A program made the translations under genes and the position numbers. 64,000 nucleotides of DNA, taken from positions 96,001 through 160,000 of the forward strand of contig JAXMOL010000006.1 of the NCBI GenBank assembly GCA_034669905.1, written 5' to 3'. Source of the stretch: Candidatus Hydrogenedentota bacterium (GTDB lineage: Bacteria; Hydrogenedentota; Hydrogenedentia; Hydrogenedentales; JAEUWI01). The notes beneath the pieces are model-generated. The model was given only the letters and a program-made list of their open reading frames with translations, searched no databases and was not told where the DNA came from. Below, piece by piece: positions 18,521 through 28,523 of this stretch (position 1 is the stretch's first letter; each line of letters starts with the position of its first letter).

Positions 18521-18854
18521 TTCCTATGAACAGAATGGTTGCATGGTGATGCAGTTGGACGGCGACATCGATGAAGACGGCATGAATGTGCTGCGTCTGA
18601 GTCTGATGGAGTGTATCCAGGCCCAGAAGTGCAACGTGGTGGTGAATCTGGCGTCGGTGAAGTTTGTGAGCTACATGGGCGTTGGTGTGCTCGTGGAGCG
18701 TCTGCGTCAACTTCGCGCCTGCAATGGCGACCTGAAGCTGACCGGTGTCAACCTCTATACGGAGCGTCTGTTCCGCATGGTAGGCATCACCAATGTATTT
18801 GATACCTACGCGACCGAAGCCCTCGCGTTAAAGGCCTTTGCCGAAGCGGCCTGA
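18507..18854 (+). CDS. STAS domain protein (anti-sigma factor antagonist-like)
   Basis: LDGDID, VVVNLASVKFVSYMGVGVLV, GDLKL, LFRMVGI; GGAG SD; overlaps the mraZ stop by 14 nt. Confidence 0.88.
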   Translation: MLKIDSYEQNGCMVMQLDGDIDEDGMNVLRLSLMECIQAQKCNVVVNLASVKFVSYMGVGVLVERLRQLRACNGDLKLTGVNLYTERLFRMVGITNVFDTYATEALALKAFAEAA

Positions 18855-18936
18855 GCCCCTTGCGGGAAGTGCGTTGATTCAGGGATGGGTTCTCCCACAC
18901 GGACGTGGGTCTATTCCGCAATAAGGAAGTCACTCC

Positions 18937-19863
18937 GTGTCCCACACGTCTGTTATGGCCGAAGAAGCCTTACACTGGCTGGCCATTCGGCCGGACGGGA
19001 TTTACGTGGATGGCACGGCCGGAGCGGGTGGGCATTCGGCCCTGATTGCGGCACAGCTCACGACCGGTCGCCTGATTGCCCTGGACCGCGATCCTTCTGC
19101 GGTGGCCCTGGCCTCGGAGCGGCTGGCGGAATTTCCCCAGGCGCAGGTGGTGCGGGCGGAATATTCCGACCTGGTGGAAACCCTGGCGGGCCTCGGGGTA
19201 TCCAAGGTAGACGGTGTATTGATTGATGCCGGGTGTTCGAGTATGCAAATCGACACGGCCTCCCGCGGCTTTTCCTTTCAGGTCGATGGTCCGTTGGACA
19301 TGCGCATGGACCCGGATAACGGTGAGTCGGCGTCGGCCATGCTGCGCCGCCTGAGCGAAACAGAAATTGAAACGTTGCTCCGCGAATATGGTGACGTGGG
19401 CCCCGCCGGTCGCATTGCGAGCCGTCTAAAGGCCCGGGCCATGGCGGGCACGTTGGAAACCACCGATGCGTTGTGCGAAGCCATCGCCGAAGCGCTGCCC
19501 TTTGTTTCCGGGACTCCGGATGAAGTGCGCACGGTCTTCCAGGCGATACGCATTGCGGTGAATGATGAGTTGAATGGATTACGGCGGGGCATCGAAGGTG
19601 CCCTGGACTGTCTCCGCGAAGGGGGGCGCCTGGTGGTTATCTCCTTTCATTCTGGAGAGGACCGGGTGGTGAAGCAACTCATGCGAGAAGCCTCCCGAAA
19701 GAAACGTCACCTTCATCCCGACGGCCGCGTCAAGTCCGTAGAGCCTGCACGACTCAAGGTGTTGACCCCGGGACCGGTGGCCGCCAGTGATGCCGAGTGT
19801 GCGCGGAATTCCCGATCCCGCAGCGCCAAACTTCGGGCGGCAGTACGATTTACGAAAGCATAG
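18937..19863 (+). CDS. rsmH: 16S rRNA m4C1402 methyltransferase
   Basis: HTSVM, DGTAGAGGHS, RGFSF, GPLDMRMD, FQAIRIAVN, ISFHSGED, RSAKLR. Confidence 0.96.
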   Translation: MSHTSVMAEEALHWLAIRPDGIYVDGTAGAGGHSALIAAQLTTGRLIALDRDPSAVALASERLAEFPQAQVVRAEYSDLVETLAGLGVSKVDGVLIDAGCSSMQIDTASRGFSFQVDGPLDMRMDPDNGESASAMLRRLSETEIETLLREYGDVGPAGRIASRLKARAMAGTLETTDALCEAIAEALPFVSGTPDEVRTVFQAIRIAVNDELNGLRRGIEGALDCLREGGRLVVISFHSGEDRVVKQLMREASRKKRHLHPDGRVKSVEPARLKVLTPGPVAASDAECARNSRSRSAKLRAAVRFTKA

Positions 19864-19879
19864 GAAAGGAGCGTGGAAT

Positions 19880-20575
19880 ATGGGTGGTCTGATGGCACGA
19901 CGCCAACGCCGCATGTTACGGGGCTGGATCAAGTGGATTCCGGTGGTGGTCATTCCCTTTTCAGTACTCTTTACCCACGCCTGGCTGAACATCGAAATTC
20001 TTCGTGCAGACTACGTGCTGCGTGAACTCGATAAGGAATCCCGTCGGCTGCAGGAAGAACTCCGTCACGCGGGTATTGCCCAGTCCGATCAGGAAGTGCT
20101 GGAAATCCTTGCGGCCCAGGCCCTGGAAATGGATTTCGTGGATCCCAAGCCGGGGCAGCAGGAACTCATCCTCTACGATCCGGCCGCCTTCCTGTCTCAC
20201 CCGGATGAGCAGGTTTTTGAGATGGCCCACCGGGAGGAGGCTCCCCCGGAGCCTGCCGTGATTTCACCCACGTTGTCGACACCGGTAGCCGAGCCCGCGG
20301 CGCCCCTGACGGAGGCCCCGCTTAACGCAGTAGTGGCCGCCCCGGAAGAAGTCATCGAAACGACCACGCCCGAGTCGCTGGAATCCACGGCCCCCGTTGC
20401 TCCTGTCGAGGAGTCCCCGGTTTGGCTGACGGTCGACGAATCAGCCGATACGGAGTTCGCCCTTCCGGAGCCGGCTCCGGAAAAACCCACGGTCGTGCTC
20501 GAATTGCCGGAAGATGCCTATATGGAAGAGCTTCCGGGTGTTGAGGCCGATATGGGCACCCTGGAAGTGCTATAG
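19880..20575 (+). CDS. ftsL: FtsL-like cell division protein with a long acidic Pro/Glu-rich tail
   Basis: Lies between rsmH and ftsI; basic N-terminus, one TM, coiled coil, then ILAAQALEMDFVDP. Confidence 0.6.
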   Translation: MGGLMARRQRRMLRGWIKWIPVVVIPFSVLFTHAWLNIEILRADYVLRELDKESRRLQEELRHAGIAQSDQEVLEILAAQALEMDFVDPKPGQQELILYDPAAFLSHPDEQVFEMAHREEAPPEPAVISPTLSTPVAEPAAPLTEAPLNAVVAAPEEVIETTTPESLESTAPVAPVEESPVWLTVDESADTEFALPEPAPEKPTVVLELPEDAYMEELPGVEADMGTLEVL

Positions 20576-20663
20576 ACGACCCTGGACGACGGTCCACAGA
20601 CCACTTACGCAGCGGGTTTTAACCCTGACCTGACGGCTGCCGCGCAATAGGAGAAACGAAGAG

Positions 20664-22847
20664 ATGATGCAGCGCAGACCAGGTGAGCGAGCCGACGCTC
20701 CCGCTCCCTACGGCAATCCCCTTTCGGATTTACAACGGCGACGCCTTCGCCTTATCCTGGCGGCCTTTGTCTTTGGCTTCTCTATCGTCGCGGTACGGCT
20801 TCATATGGTGCACCTTGTCCCCAATGATGCCCTGGACGTAGAAGAGGCCAAGCACATCGGCGAAACGATCCTCACGGCACCACGGGGCGACATCTACGAT
20901 CGGAATGCCAACGTCAAGCTGGCGACCAATCGCAAGGTGCCTTCGCTCTGGGTGGACGCAACGACCGTCACCGATCCGGAACACTTTGCCGCATCTGTTG
21001 CGGGGGCGTTGGGCCTGGATGAAGGGGAACTGCTGCGTCGTATCAACGAACGGACCGATTCGGGAAAGGCCTACAAGTTTAAGTGGGTCAAGCGTTGGAT
21101 TTCTGAAGAGGCCCACATGAAGGCGCTGGAGCATCTCCTCGAAGAATGGGAGGGGGTCCTCCATGTCCGGGAAGAATCCATTCGCCACTATCCGCAGCGG
21201 GGCGCGGCGGCCCACTTGCTGGGTTTTGTCAACCGCAACGGAGATGCCTCCGAAGGCCTGGAGCTCACGTTCGATGAGCATCTGCGGAGTGAGGCGGGCG
21301 TCTATCGGACCCGGAAAGACTCGGCCCAACGGCTGCTTGATTCCCGCGTGCTGGAGTACACGCCGGCCAAGACGGGGGAATCGGTACAGCTCACCATCGA
21401 TGTCAATATGCAGCACGAGCTTGAGCAGGCCCTGGATGCCCGGATGGAGGAGTGCAAATCACCCGAGGGTATGGGGGTGCTCATGGATCCCTATACGGGG
21501 GCGATCTATGCCATGGCATCCCGGCCGGCCTACGATCCGAATTTCTACGACTCCTACGAAGCGGATGCCCGGCGGAACAAGGCCATAACGGACTACTTCG
21601 AACCGGGATCGGCTTTTAAGATTGTAACCGCGGCGGCGGCGATAGAGGAGCGGCTGATCACGCCGGAAACCCTCATCGACTGTGAAAACGGGGGCTTCAA
21701 TCCGTACGGCCACTATGTGCGCGACTTCCACCCCCATGGCGTGATTCCCTTTTCCACCTGTTTCGAAGAATCGAGTAACGTGGCCATCATCAAAGTGGCC
21801 CGCATGCTGGGGCCGGAACGGCTCGACAAGTGGATGCGCGAATTTGGTTTTGGCGTGCCGACGAGCCGTGATTTCCCCCGGGGCGCGGAAAGCCCGGGCG
21901 TGCTCCGTGCCCGCAAGAATTGGAATGGCCTTTCGATGGGCTCCTTGCCCATGGGCCAGGAAGTGGGGGTGACCCTGCTCCAGTTGGCCCGTTCCTTCGC
22001 GGTAGTGGCCAATGGTGGCATGTTGGTCGAGCCCTACTATGTGGAGCGTGCCCTCGCGGCCGATGGTTCGGTGACCTACCAGCACGAGGCTCCGGAAGCC
22101 CATCGGGTCATTTCAGAGTCGACGTCGGCCATCATGCGGGACTTGTGCCACAAGGTGGTTCAGAACGGTACCGCCAAAGATCGGGCCAATATTAAAGAGT
22201 ATACCGTGGGCGGGAAAACCGGCACGGCCCAGATGCTCAGCAAGTCGGGCCGCGGCTACAGCAAGGACCGTTACACGACCGTCTTTGCCGGCTTTGCACC
22301 GGTAACGAATCCACGCATCGTCTGCGTTATTGTCATCAAGGAACCGATGATCCGACAGCACTGGGGCGGCTATGTCTGCGGCCCGGTCTTTCGGGATGTC
22401 GTGCGCGATGCCCTCATCCGGCTGAACGTTCCGCCGGACCAGGAATTCGAAGACGATGAGGCGGTGGAGGTGCAGGTGGCGCGGGCGAGTTCACCGGGAG
22501 AAATCAAAGGTGAAGATGGGGATACCATGACCAGCCGTCTGAGCGATGCCCAGATCATGGAGCTGGAACTTGCCATGGAAGACCAGTTGGAAAGCCTGGA
22601 TGGCCTGGAACTAACCCGCCCCATCGGGGATGTAGAAGTAGGTGCACCGACCTTGCCGGACCTGACGGGCATGAGCAAGGGCGAGGCCCATCGGAAGTTG
22701 CGTGAACTGGGTATTCCCTGGGATCCCCAGGGGGTCGGTTGGGTGGTTTCCCAGCGGCCTGCGGCGGGTACGCCCGTTGCTGCGGTGCAAATGTGCGCCC
22801 TGGAGTTTTCGCGTACGAAGTCGGAGCCGGAAGATGAACCATCTTGA
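20664..22847 (+). CDS. ftsI: Class B penicillin-binding protein with C-terminal PASTA domain
   Basis: RGDIYDRN, EPGSAFK (SxxK), SSN, KTGTAQ, and LPDLTGMS...GWVVSQRP (PASTA). Confidence 0.93.
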   Translation: MMQRRPGERADAPAPYGNPLSDLQRRRLRLILAAFVFGFSIVAVRLHMVHLVPNDALDVEEAKHIGETILTAPRGDIYDRNANVKLATNRKVPSLWVDATTVTDPEHFAASVAGALGLDEGELLRRINERTDSGKAYKFKWVKRWISEEAHMKALEHLLEEWEGVLHVREESIRHYPQRGAAAHLLGFVNRNGDASEGLELTFDEHLRSEAGVYRTRKDSAQRLLDSRVLEYTPAKTGESVQLTIDVNMQHELEQALDARMEECKSPEGMGVLMDPYTGAIYAMASRPAYDPNFYDSYEADARRNKAITDYFEPGSAFKIVTAAAAIEERLITPETLIDCENGGFNPYGHYVRDFHPHGVIPFSTCFEESSNVAIIKVARMLGPERLDKWMREFGFGVPTSRDFPRGAESPGVLRARKNWNGLSMGSLPMGQEVGVTLLQLARSFAVVANGGMLVEPYYVERALAADGSVTYQHEAPEAHRVISESTSAIMRDLCHKVVQNGTAKDRANIKEYTVGGKTGTAQMLSKSGRGYSKDRYTTVFAGFAPVTNPRIVCVIVIKEPMIRQHWGGYVCGPVFRDVVRDALIRLNVPPDQEFEDDEAVEVQVARASSPGEIKGEDGDTMTSRLSDAQIMELELAMEDQLESLDGLELTRPIGDVEVGAPTLPDLTGMSKGEAHRKLRELGIPWDPQGVGWVVSQRPAAGTPVAAVQMCALEFSRTKSEPEDEPS

Positions 22848-24300
22848 AATCAGTGACCTGCTGGGGTTACCCGACTCGGCCTTGCCCGAGTTGGAAGCCA
22901 CGGGCATATCCGAAGACTCCCGCCTCGTAAAGCCGGGGGATATTTTTGTGGCGGTTACGGGAGAACACGTGGATGGCCACGATTTCGCCTCCGACGCCGT
23001 GAGTGCCGGAGCGGTGGCTGTATTGGGCGACCGGGCCGGGATCCACCGTCTGGAGGGATGCCCCTACCTTTTTTCACCGCACCCCCGGGAAGCGGAGGCC
23101 TTGCTCGCCCACCGTCTGGCCGGGAATCCCACCGAGACCCTGACGGTCATCGGCATTACCGGCACCAACGGCAAGTCGAGTACCGCATCGCTCACCCAGG
23201 CTATCTTGCGTGAGGCGGGTTTTCCGACGAGCAACTATGGCACCATGGGCTATGAAATCGGGGGCACCCTGTTGCCCGCGCCCCATACGACCCCCTTTGG
23301 TGATGAGCTGGCCCGATTGCTGGCCCAGTCGTTGCAGGCGGGCGACACCCATGTGGTGATGGAAGTCAGCTCCCACGCGTTGGACCAGGAGCGGGTAGCG
23401 GGGATTCGCTTCACGGCGGCAGCCTTTACCAACCTGACCCAGGATCATCTGGACTACCATGAAACCATGGACGCCTATCGGGACGCTAAGCTCAAGCTAT
23501 TCAAGCGTATTCAGGGCGAAGGGACCTTCACCGTCGTTAATAAGGCGGACCCCTCGGGCGCAGCCTTTGAGGCCGCCTCCCCCGTTGCCACGGTGACCTA
23601 CGGGACGGATGGCGTCATTCGGGTACGGGACATCCGGCTGGGTATGAAAGATACCCGTTTTACGCTGGTAGCGCCCGGTGGTGAAATCGATGTGGTCATC
23701 CAACTGCTTGGACATCATAATATTCAGAACGCGCTCTGTGCTGCGGGCATTGCCCACGGTCTCGGCATCGACCTTCCCACCATCGCGGCTGGCCTGGGAC
23801 GGGTCGAACGGGTGCCGGGACGCTTCGAGGGAATCGATGCGGGCCAGGATTTTTTTGTGGTGGTCGATTATGCCCACACGGAAGACGGTTTGAAGAATGT
23901 GCTGGAAGCCGCCCGGCACCTGTGCAAAGGACGTATCATCACGGTCTTCGGCTGTGGTGGCGATCGCGACCGCGGGAAGCGCCCCAAAATGGGGAAGGTG
24001 GCCGGGGCCATGAGTACTTTCTGTGTGCTCACGTCGGACAATCCGCGTAGCGAAGACCCCAAGCGCATTCTGCTGGACGTAGAGGTGGGCCTTCAGAAGG
24101 CGGGCTGTACCAAGGACGATGACTACGTGACCATAGAGAACCGCGCCGAGGCTATCCGGCATGCCATCCAGATGGCGGAGAAGGGGGACCTGGTCTTGAT
24201 TGCCGGTAAAGGACACGAGGACTACCAGATTCTGGCCCACGAAACCATCCATTTTGATGACCGCGAAGTGGCCCTGGAAGTGCTCGGAGGCCGGAGCTGA
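22834..24300 (+). CDS. murE: UDP-MurNAc-dipeptide:meso-DAP ligase
   Basis: GITGTNGKS, MEVSSH, DHLDYH, DYAHT, DNPR (DAP-specific), AGKGHE. Confidence 0.96.
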   Translation: MNHLEISDLLGLPDSALPELEATGISEDSRLVKPGDIFVAVTGEHVDGHDFASDAVSAGAVAVLGDRAGIHRLEGCPYLFSPHPREAEALLAHRLAGNPTETLTVIGITGTNGKSSTASLTQAILREAGFPTSNYGTMGYEIGGTLLPAPHTTPFGDELARLLAQSLQAGDTHVVMEVSSHALDQERVAGIRFTAAAFTNLTQDHLDYHETMDAYRDAKLKLFKRIQGEGTFTVVNKADPSGAAFEAASPVATVTYGTDGVIRVRDIRLGMKDTRFTLVAPGGEIDVVIQLLGHHNIQNALCAAGIAHGLGIDLPTIAAGLGRVERVPGRFEGIDAGQDFFVVVDYAHTEDGLKNVLEAARHLCKGRIITVFGCGGDRDRGKRPKMGKVAGAMSTFCVLTSDNPRSEDPKRILLDVEVGLQKAGCTKDDDYVTIENRAEAIRHAIQMAEKGDLVLIAGKGHEDYQILAHETIHFDDREVALEVLGGRS

Positions 24301-25661
24301 TGGGGTGGTCTTATTCCGCTGACCAACTTGCTTCCTGGATTGGTTGCCCCGCACCCGCCGAGGCCCTCGAGAACATTACCGGCGTTTCGACCGATACCCG
24401 CACCCTGGCGGTGGGCGACGTGTATGTGGCCCTCAAGGGGCCAAATTTTGATGCGGAGAACTTTGTGGCCGCCGCCTTCGAGAAGGGCGCGTCGGCCGCG
24501 ATTTGTCAGCAGGAGCACCCGGAGGGGCCGTGTCTGGTGGTGCCTGATCCCCTGGCCGCCCTCCAACGATTCGCCTCGCGCCATCGGATGAGCCACGATA
24601 TCCCCGTGCTGGCCATTACCGGTTCCTGTGGGAAGACGACCGCGAAAGACCTGACGACGGCCCTGCTCGAAACACGTTACACCGTGATTAAGACCCAGGG
24701 AAACCTCAACAACGAAATCGGGTGTCCTTTGTCGTTGCTTCGCATTGACCGGGATACGACCTTTGCTGTCATTGAGATGGGGGCGAATCACGGGGGCGAG
24801 ATCGCCAATCTATGCCGCCTCGCACGCCCCACGGAAACGGCGGTCACGATGGTGGCCCCGGCGCACCTGGAGGGATTCGGCAGCATCGCCGATGTGGCGA
24901 AGGCGAAGGCCGAAATCGTGGACAACCTGGACGCGGACGGTCGTTTCTACCAGAATATGGACAACCCCTGGTGCCGGGACATGGCCAAGCATTTTGCGGG
25001 GGAGATCATCCGCTTTGGAAGCGAGGGGGACGTGGTGCTCCGTTCCTGTGACTTCGATGCCGAAGGGGAGTTGCTCCTCGATATCGATCCCATCGGGAAG
25101 CTGCGTCTGCCCTTGCCCGTGAAAGCCCATGCGACCAACGTGCTTCTGGCCGTGGCCGTGGCGTTGCAGCATGGTATCCAGGACTTCGAGGCACCGCTAC
25201 GCGCGGCCTGTGCGGCGGCGAGTCGCTTTAAGGTCTATCCCCTGGGGGGACTGGAAATCCTGGACGATACCTACAATGCGAATCCGTCGAGTATGAAGGC
25301 GGCCCTGGAGGCCCTGATGGATCGCCCCGGTAAGGGGCGCCGTATTGCGGTGCTGGGGGATATGCTGGAACTGGGGGAGGGTGCGTCGACCCTTCATCAG
25401 GAGTTGGGCGAGACCGTTGCTCGCCTGGGCGTAGACCATCTCTATACCTACGGTGCCCACGCCTGTGATATTATACGCGGCGCCCGCGAAGCCGGTCTCT
25501 CCGAGGCCGAGTCCTTTGACTCCCACCACGCGTTGGCTACCGCCCTCTTCCACGTCGCTGTTCCCGGTGACACCATTCTTTTGAAGGGATCCCGCGGCGT
25601 ACGCATGGAGCAGGTGGCGGGTGCCTTACAACAGCTTATCGCACCAGATGGTGGGGAGTAA
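24300..25661 (+). CDS. murF: UDP-MurNAc-tripeptide:D-Ala-D-Ala ligase
   Basis: TGSCGKTT, NNEIG, EMGANH, DDTYNANP, GDMLELG, KGSRG. Confidence 0.96.
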   Translation: MGWSYSADQLASWIGCPAPAEALENITGVSTDTRTLAVGDVYVALKGPNFDAENFVAAAFEKGASAAICQQEHPEGPCLVVPDPLAALQRFASRHRMSHDIPVLAITGSCGKTTAKDLTTALLETRYTVIKTQGNLNNEIGCPLSLLRIDRDTTFAVIEMGANHGGEIANLCRLARPTETAVTMVAPAHLEGFGSIADVAKAKAEIVDNLDADGRFYQNMDNPWCRDMAKHFAGEIIRFGSEGDVVLRSCDFDAEGELLLDIDPIGKLRLPLPVKAHATNVLLAVAVALQHGIQDFEAPLRAACAAASRFKVYPLGGLEILDDTYNANPSSMKAALEALMDRPGKGRRIAVLGDMLELGEGASTLHQELGETVARLGVDHLYTYGAHACDIIRGAREAGLSEAESFDSHHALATALFHVAVPGDTILLKGSRGVRMEQVAGALQQLIAPDGGE

Positions 25662-25674
25662 CCCGGTCGGACCC

Positions 25675-27156
25675 ATGATTTTTTATTTAACGCAAGCCTT
25701 TCTACCCTATTTTGATGCCCTCGATGTGTTTCGCTACCACACGGTTCGTGCGGGGGGCGCTGCCGTAACGGGCTTTCTGTTCTGCCTCCTCTTTGGCCCC
25801 AAGCTTATCGAGATGCTCCGTGCCCTGAAGGTTGGCCAGTTTATCAAAAAGGATCATGTGGCCGATCTGCATGCCCTGCATAAGGGGAAGGCGGGTACGC
25901 CCACCATGGGCGGTGCGATCATACTGCTCTCCACCGTGTTGTCGCTCTTGCTGTGGAGCACCCTCACCAACCGCCTGCTCTGGGTGGCCCTGGGCATGCT
26001 CCTGCTCCTGGGCATGGTGGGTTTTCTTGACGACTACATCAAGTTGCGGCGGAAGCACAACGACGGACTGAGCGCGCGGGCAAAGTTTGCGGGCCAGATT
26101 CTCAGTGGCGGGCTGCTCGGGCTCTACCTCCTCTTTTTCCCCATTACGGTCAGTGAGTCCTGGGTGGGGCCCCGGGATGTAAAGGACTGGGACGCCCTGG
26201 CGCACACGCTGATGGCCGCGAAAGATGCCCCGGAACCCTCGGTGGTCGGTCATATCTGGAACGAATTGAGTGAAGAAGATCAGGCCGTGTTGCGGTTGGC
26301 CACGGAAGTTCAGTTCTTGCCCCGGGAATACAAGTTCGATGTGCTCACGGGGATGAATCGGGTGCTGAGCACCCAGCGCCTGGAAGATTGTTTTGTTGTG
26401 GGCTCAACGGCACCGGCAGCGTTGGCCAAGCTCGCGGCCCGGGGTTTCGACGGGCTGAACCTGAAAGAGCAGGTGCGATACAACCGCCTGATACTGGAAG
26501 CGGCCATGCCGGGTATCCTGGCAAAAAGTGTCACCGATCTCCATACCAAAGTGGGTATCCCCGGCTTGAAAGACGTCTTCATACCCCTCGGGCCGTTCTA
26601 TGTGCTTTTCGTGATTTTAATTATTGTGGGCGTATCCAATGCCGTCAATCTCACCGATGGATTGGACGGCCTCGCAGCGGGCGTGTCTATCGTATCGATT
26701 CTAACCTTTGCGGCGATTGCCTACGTGGTGAGCCGGGCCGATTGGTCCTACTACCTGTACCTGACCTACATCCCTGAAGCCAGTGAACTGTTCGTTTTCG
26801 GTGCGGCGCTCCTGGGAACGGGACTCGGCTTTCTCTGGTTCAACGCCCACCCGGCAGAAGTTTTCATGGGGGACACGGGTTCCCTGGCGCTGGGCGGGGC
26901 CATTGGTACCATGGCCATTTTGACCAAGCAGGAACTACTGCTCCCTATCGTGGCCGGTCTCTTTGTGATGGAGGCCGGTAGTGTGTTGATCCAGGTTGGC
27001 TCCTACAAGCTCACGGGGAAGCGGGTCTTCCGTATGGCCCCACTGCACCACCATTTCGAGTTGCTCGGTTGGTCCGAAACCAAAGTCACGCTTCGATTCT
27101 GGATCATTGCCTTTATCTTCGCCCTGCTGAGCCTCACCACCCTGAAACTCCGATGA
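25675..27156 (+). CDS. mraY: Phospho-MurNAc-pentapeptide transferase with a ~130 aa insertion
   Basis: GTPTMGG, GFLDDY, NAVNLTDGLDG, FMGDTGS, APLHHHFE. Confidence 0.96.
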   Translation: MIFYLTQAFLPYFDALDVFRYHTVRAGGAAVTGFLFCLLFGPKLIEMLRALKVGQFIKKDHVADLHALHKGKAGTPTMGGAIILLSTVLSLLLWSTLTNRLLWVALGMLLLLGMVGFLDDYIKLRRKHNDGLSARAKFAGQILSGGLLGLYLLFFPITVSESWVGPRDVKDWDALAHTLMAAKDAPEPSVVGHIWNELSEEDQAVLRLATEVQFLPREYKFDVLTGMNRVLSTQRLEDCFVVGSTAPAALAKLAARGFDGLNLKEQVRYNRLILEAAMPGILAKSVTDLHTKVGIPGLKDVFIPLGPFYVLFVILIIVGVSNAVNLTDGLDGLAAGVSIVSILTFAAIAYVVSRADWSYYLYLTYIPEASELFVFGAALLGTGLGFLWFNAHPAEVFMGDTGSLALGGAIGTMAILTKQELLLPIVAGLFVMEAGSVLIQVGSYKLTGKRVFRMAPLHHHFELLGWSETKVTLRFWIIAFIFALLSLTTLKLR

Positions 27157-28523
27157 ACCCGATTCCTGAAAACTGGAAGGACGTACCCGTTACCCTCGTA
27201 GGGATGGGACGTTCCGCGGTGGGTGCTGCCGCCCTGTTACAGCACCACGGTGCACGGCCCTTTGTGACGGATGTGGCCGACGGTACTTCATTGGTGCCCT
27301 GGTGCGACGCCCTCGACGCGCGGGGGATCCCCTATGAGATTGGGGGGCACAGCGCCCGCGCCTGGGAAGGGCCCGCCGTGGTGATCGTGAGCCCCGGTGT
27401 GCCCTCTGCGATTGCCCCCTTGCAGGCTGTGCGTGAGCGAGGCATTCCGGTAATCGGCGAGCTGGAGTTGGCCTCCCGTTTTACGCAGACCCCCGTCTTG
27501 GCCGTCACCGGAACCAATGGAAAAACGACCGTGACGGAGTTGCTCCACCACGTGCTCAAGACCCTTGGTTTTCGTTCGCGCCTCGCCGGAAACAATCACA
27601 CGTCTTTTTCGGCCGCCGTCTTGGATGAGGACTGTCCGGACTATTACGTACTGGAAGTCAGCAGCTATCAACTCGAAACGGTGGACCGCTTTGCTCCGTG
27701 GATGGGGGCGGTTTTAAATCTCACGCCCGATCACCTCGGGCGCCACGGTGACATGGAAGGGTATGGAGCGGCCAAAGCCCGTATTTTCGGCACGCCACCC
27801 CATGTGGCACACGTTGCTATCCTGAACGCGGACGATGGGCAGGTGGCCTCCCTTCCTTTGCCTTCCGGTGTTGAACAGCTTTTTTTCAGCGTGGAGTCCC
27901 CACCGCCCCGGGGCCTCTACTCCGACGGAACGTCCCTTTGGATTGATGGGGAGCAGACCGGGCTACTGCAATGTCCCTTGCCGGGGCGCCACAACCGGGC
28001 CAATGTCTTGGCCGCCCTGACCATGCTGCATGCTGGTGGCTTTAATATGGCAGCTTGTCTGGACGCCCTGTCGAGTTTTTCCGGTGTGGCCCATCGCCTG
28101 GAACACGTGGGGATACTGGCCGATCGTCATTGGTACAACGATTCTAAATCCACCAATATTGATAGTTTGCGCGTGGCCCTTGAAAGCTTCGACACGCCCG
28201 TTGTCTTGTTGGCGGGAGGACAAGGCAAAGGCAGCAGCTATGACAGCATTCGTGCCACGGTAAGGGAACATGTTTGCCATATGGTGGCCTTCGGTGCGGA
28301 AGCTCCGGTCCTGGCAGCGGCCTTTCAGGGGGATACGGATGTGCGCGTGGTGCAGGACATGGTGGAGGCGGTACGTCTCGCCCATCACCTGAGCGCGCCT
28401 GGGACGACCATTCTGCTTTCGCCGGGCTGTGCGAGCTTTGATCAATACGACAATTTTGAGGCCCGCGGCGCGCATTTTACCGCGGTCGTTCGACAGCTGG
28501 ATGAGGAGGAGTCGCACCCATGA
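27153..28523 (+). CDS. murD: UDP-MurNAc-L-Ala:D-Glu ligase
   Basis: GMGRSA, SPGV, TGTNGKTT, LEVSSYQL, NDSKSTN, SPGCASFDQY. Confidence 0.95.
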   Translation: MNPIPENWKDVPVTLVGMGRSAVGAAALLQHHGARPFVTDVADGTSLVPWCDALDARGIPYEIGGHSARAWEGPAVVIVSPGVPSAIAPLQAVRERGIPVIGELELASRFTQTPVLAVTGTNGKTTVTELLHHVLKTLGFRSRLAGNNHTSFSAAVLDEDCPDYYVLEVSSYQLETVDRFAPWMGAVLNLTPDHLGRHGDMEGYGAAKARIFGTPPHVAHVAILNADDGQVASLPLPSGVEQLFFSVESPPPRGLYSDGTSLWIDGEQTGLLQCPLPGRHNRANVLAALTMLHAGGFNMAACLDALSSFSGVAHRLEHVGILADRHWYNDSKSTNIDSLRVALESFDTPVVLLAGGQGKGSSYDSIRATVREHVCHMVAFGAEAPVLAAAFQGDTDVRVVQDMVEAVRLAHHLSAPGTTILLSPGCASFDQYDNFEARGAHFTAVVRQLDEEESHP

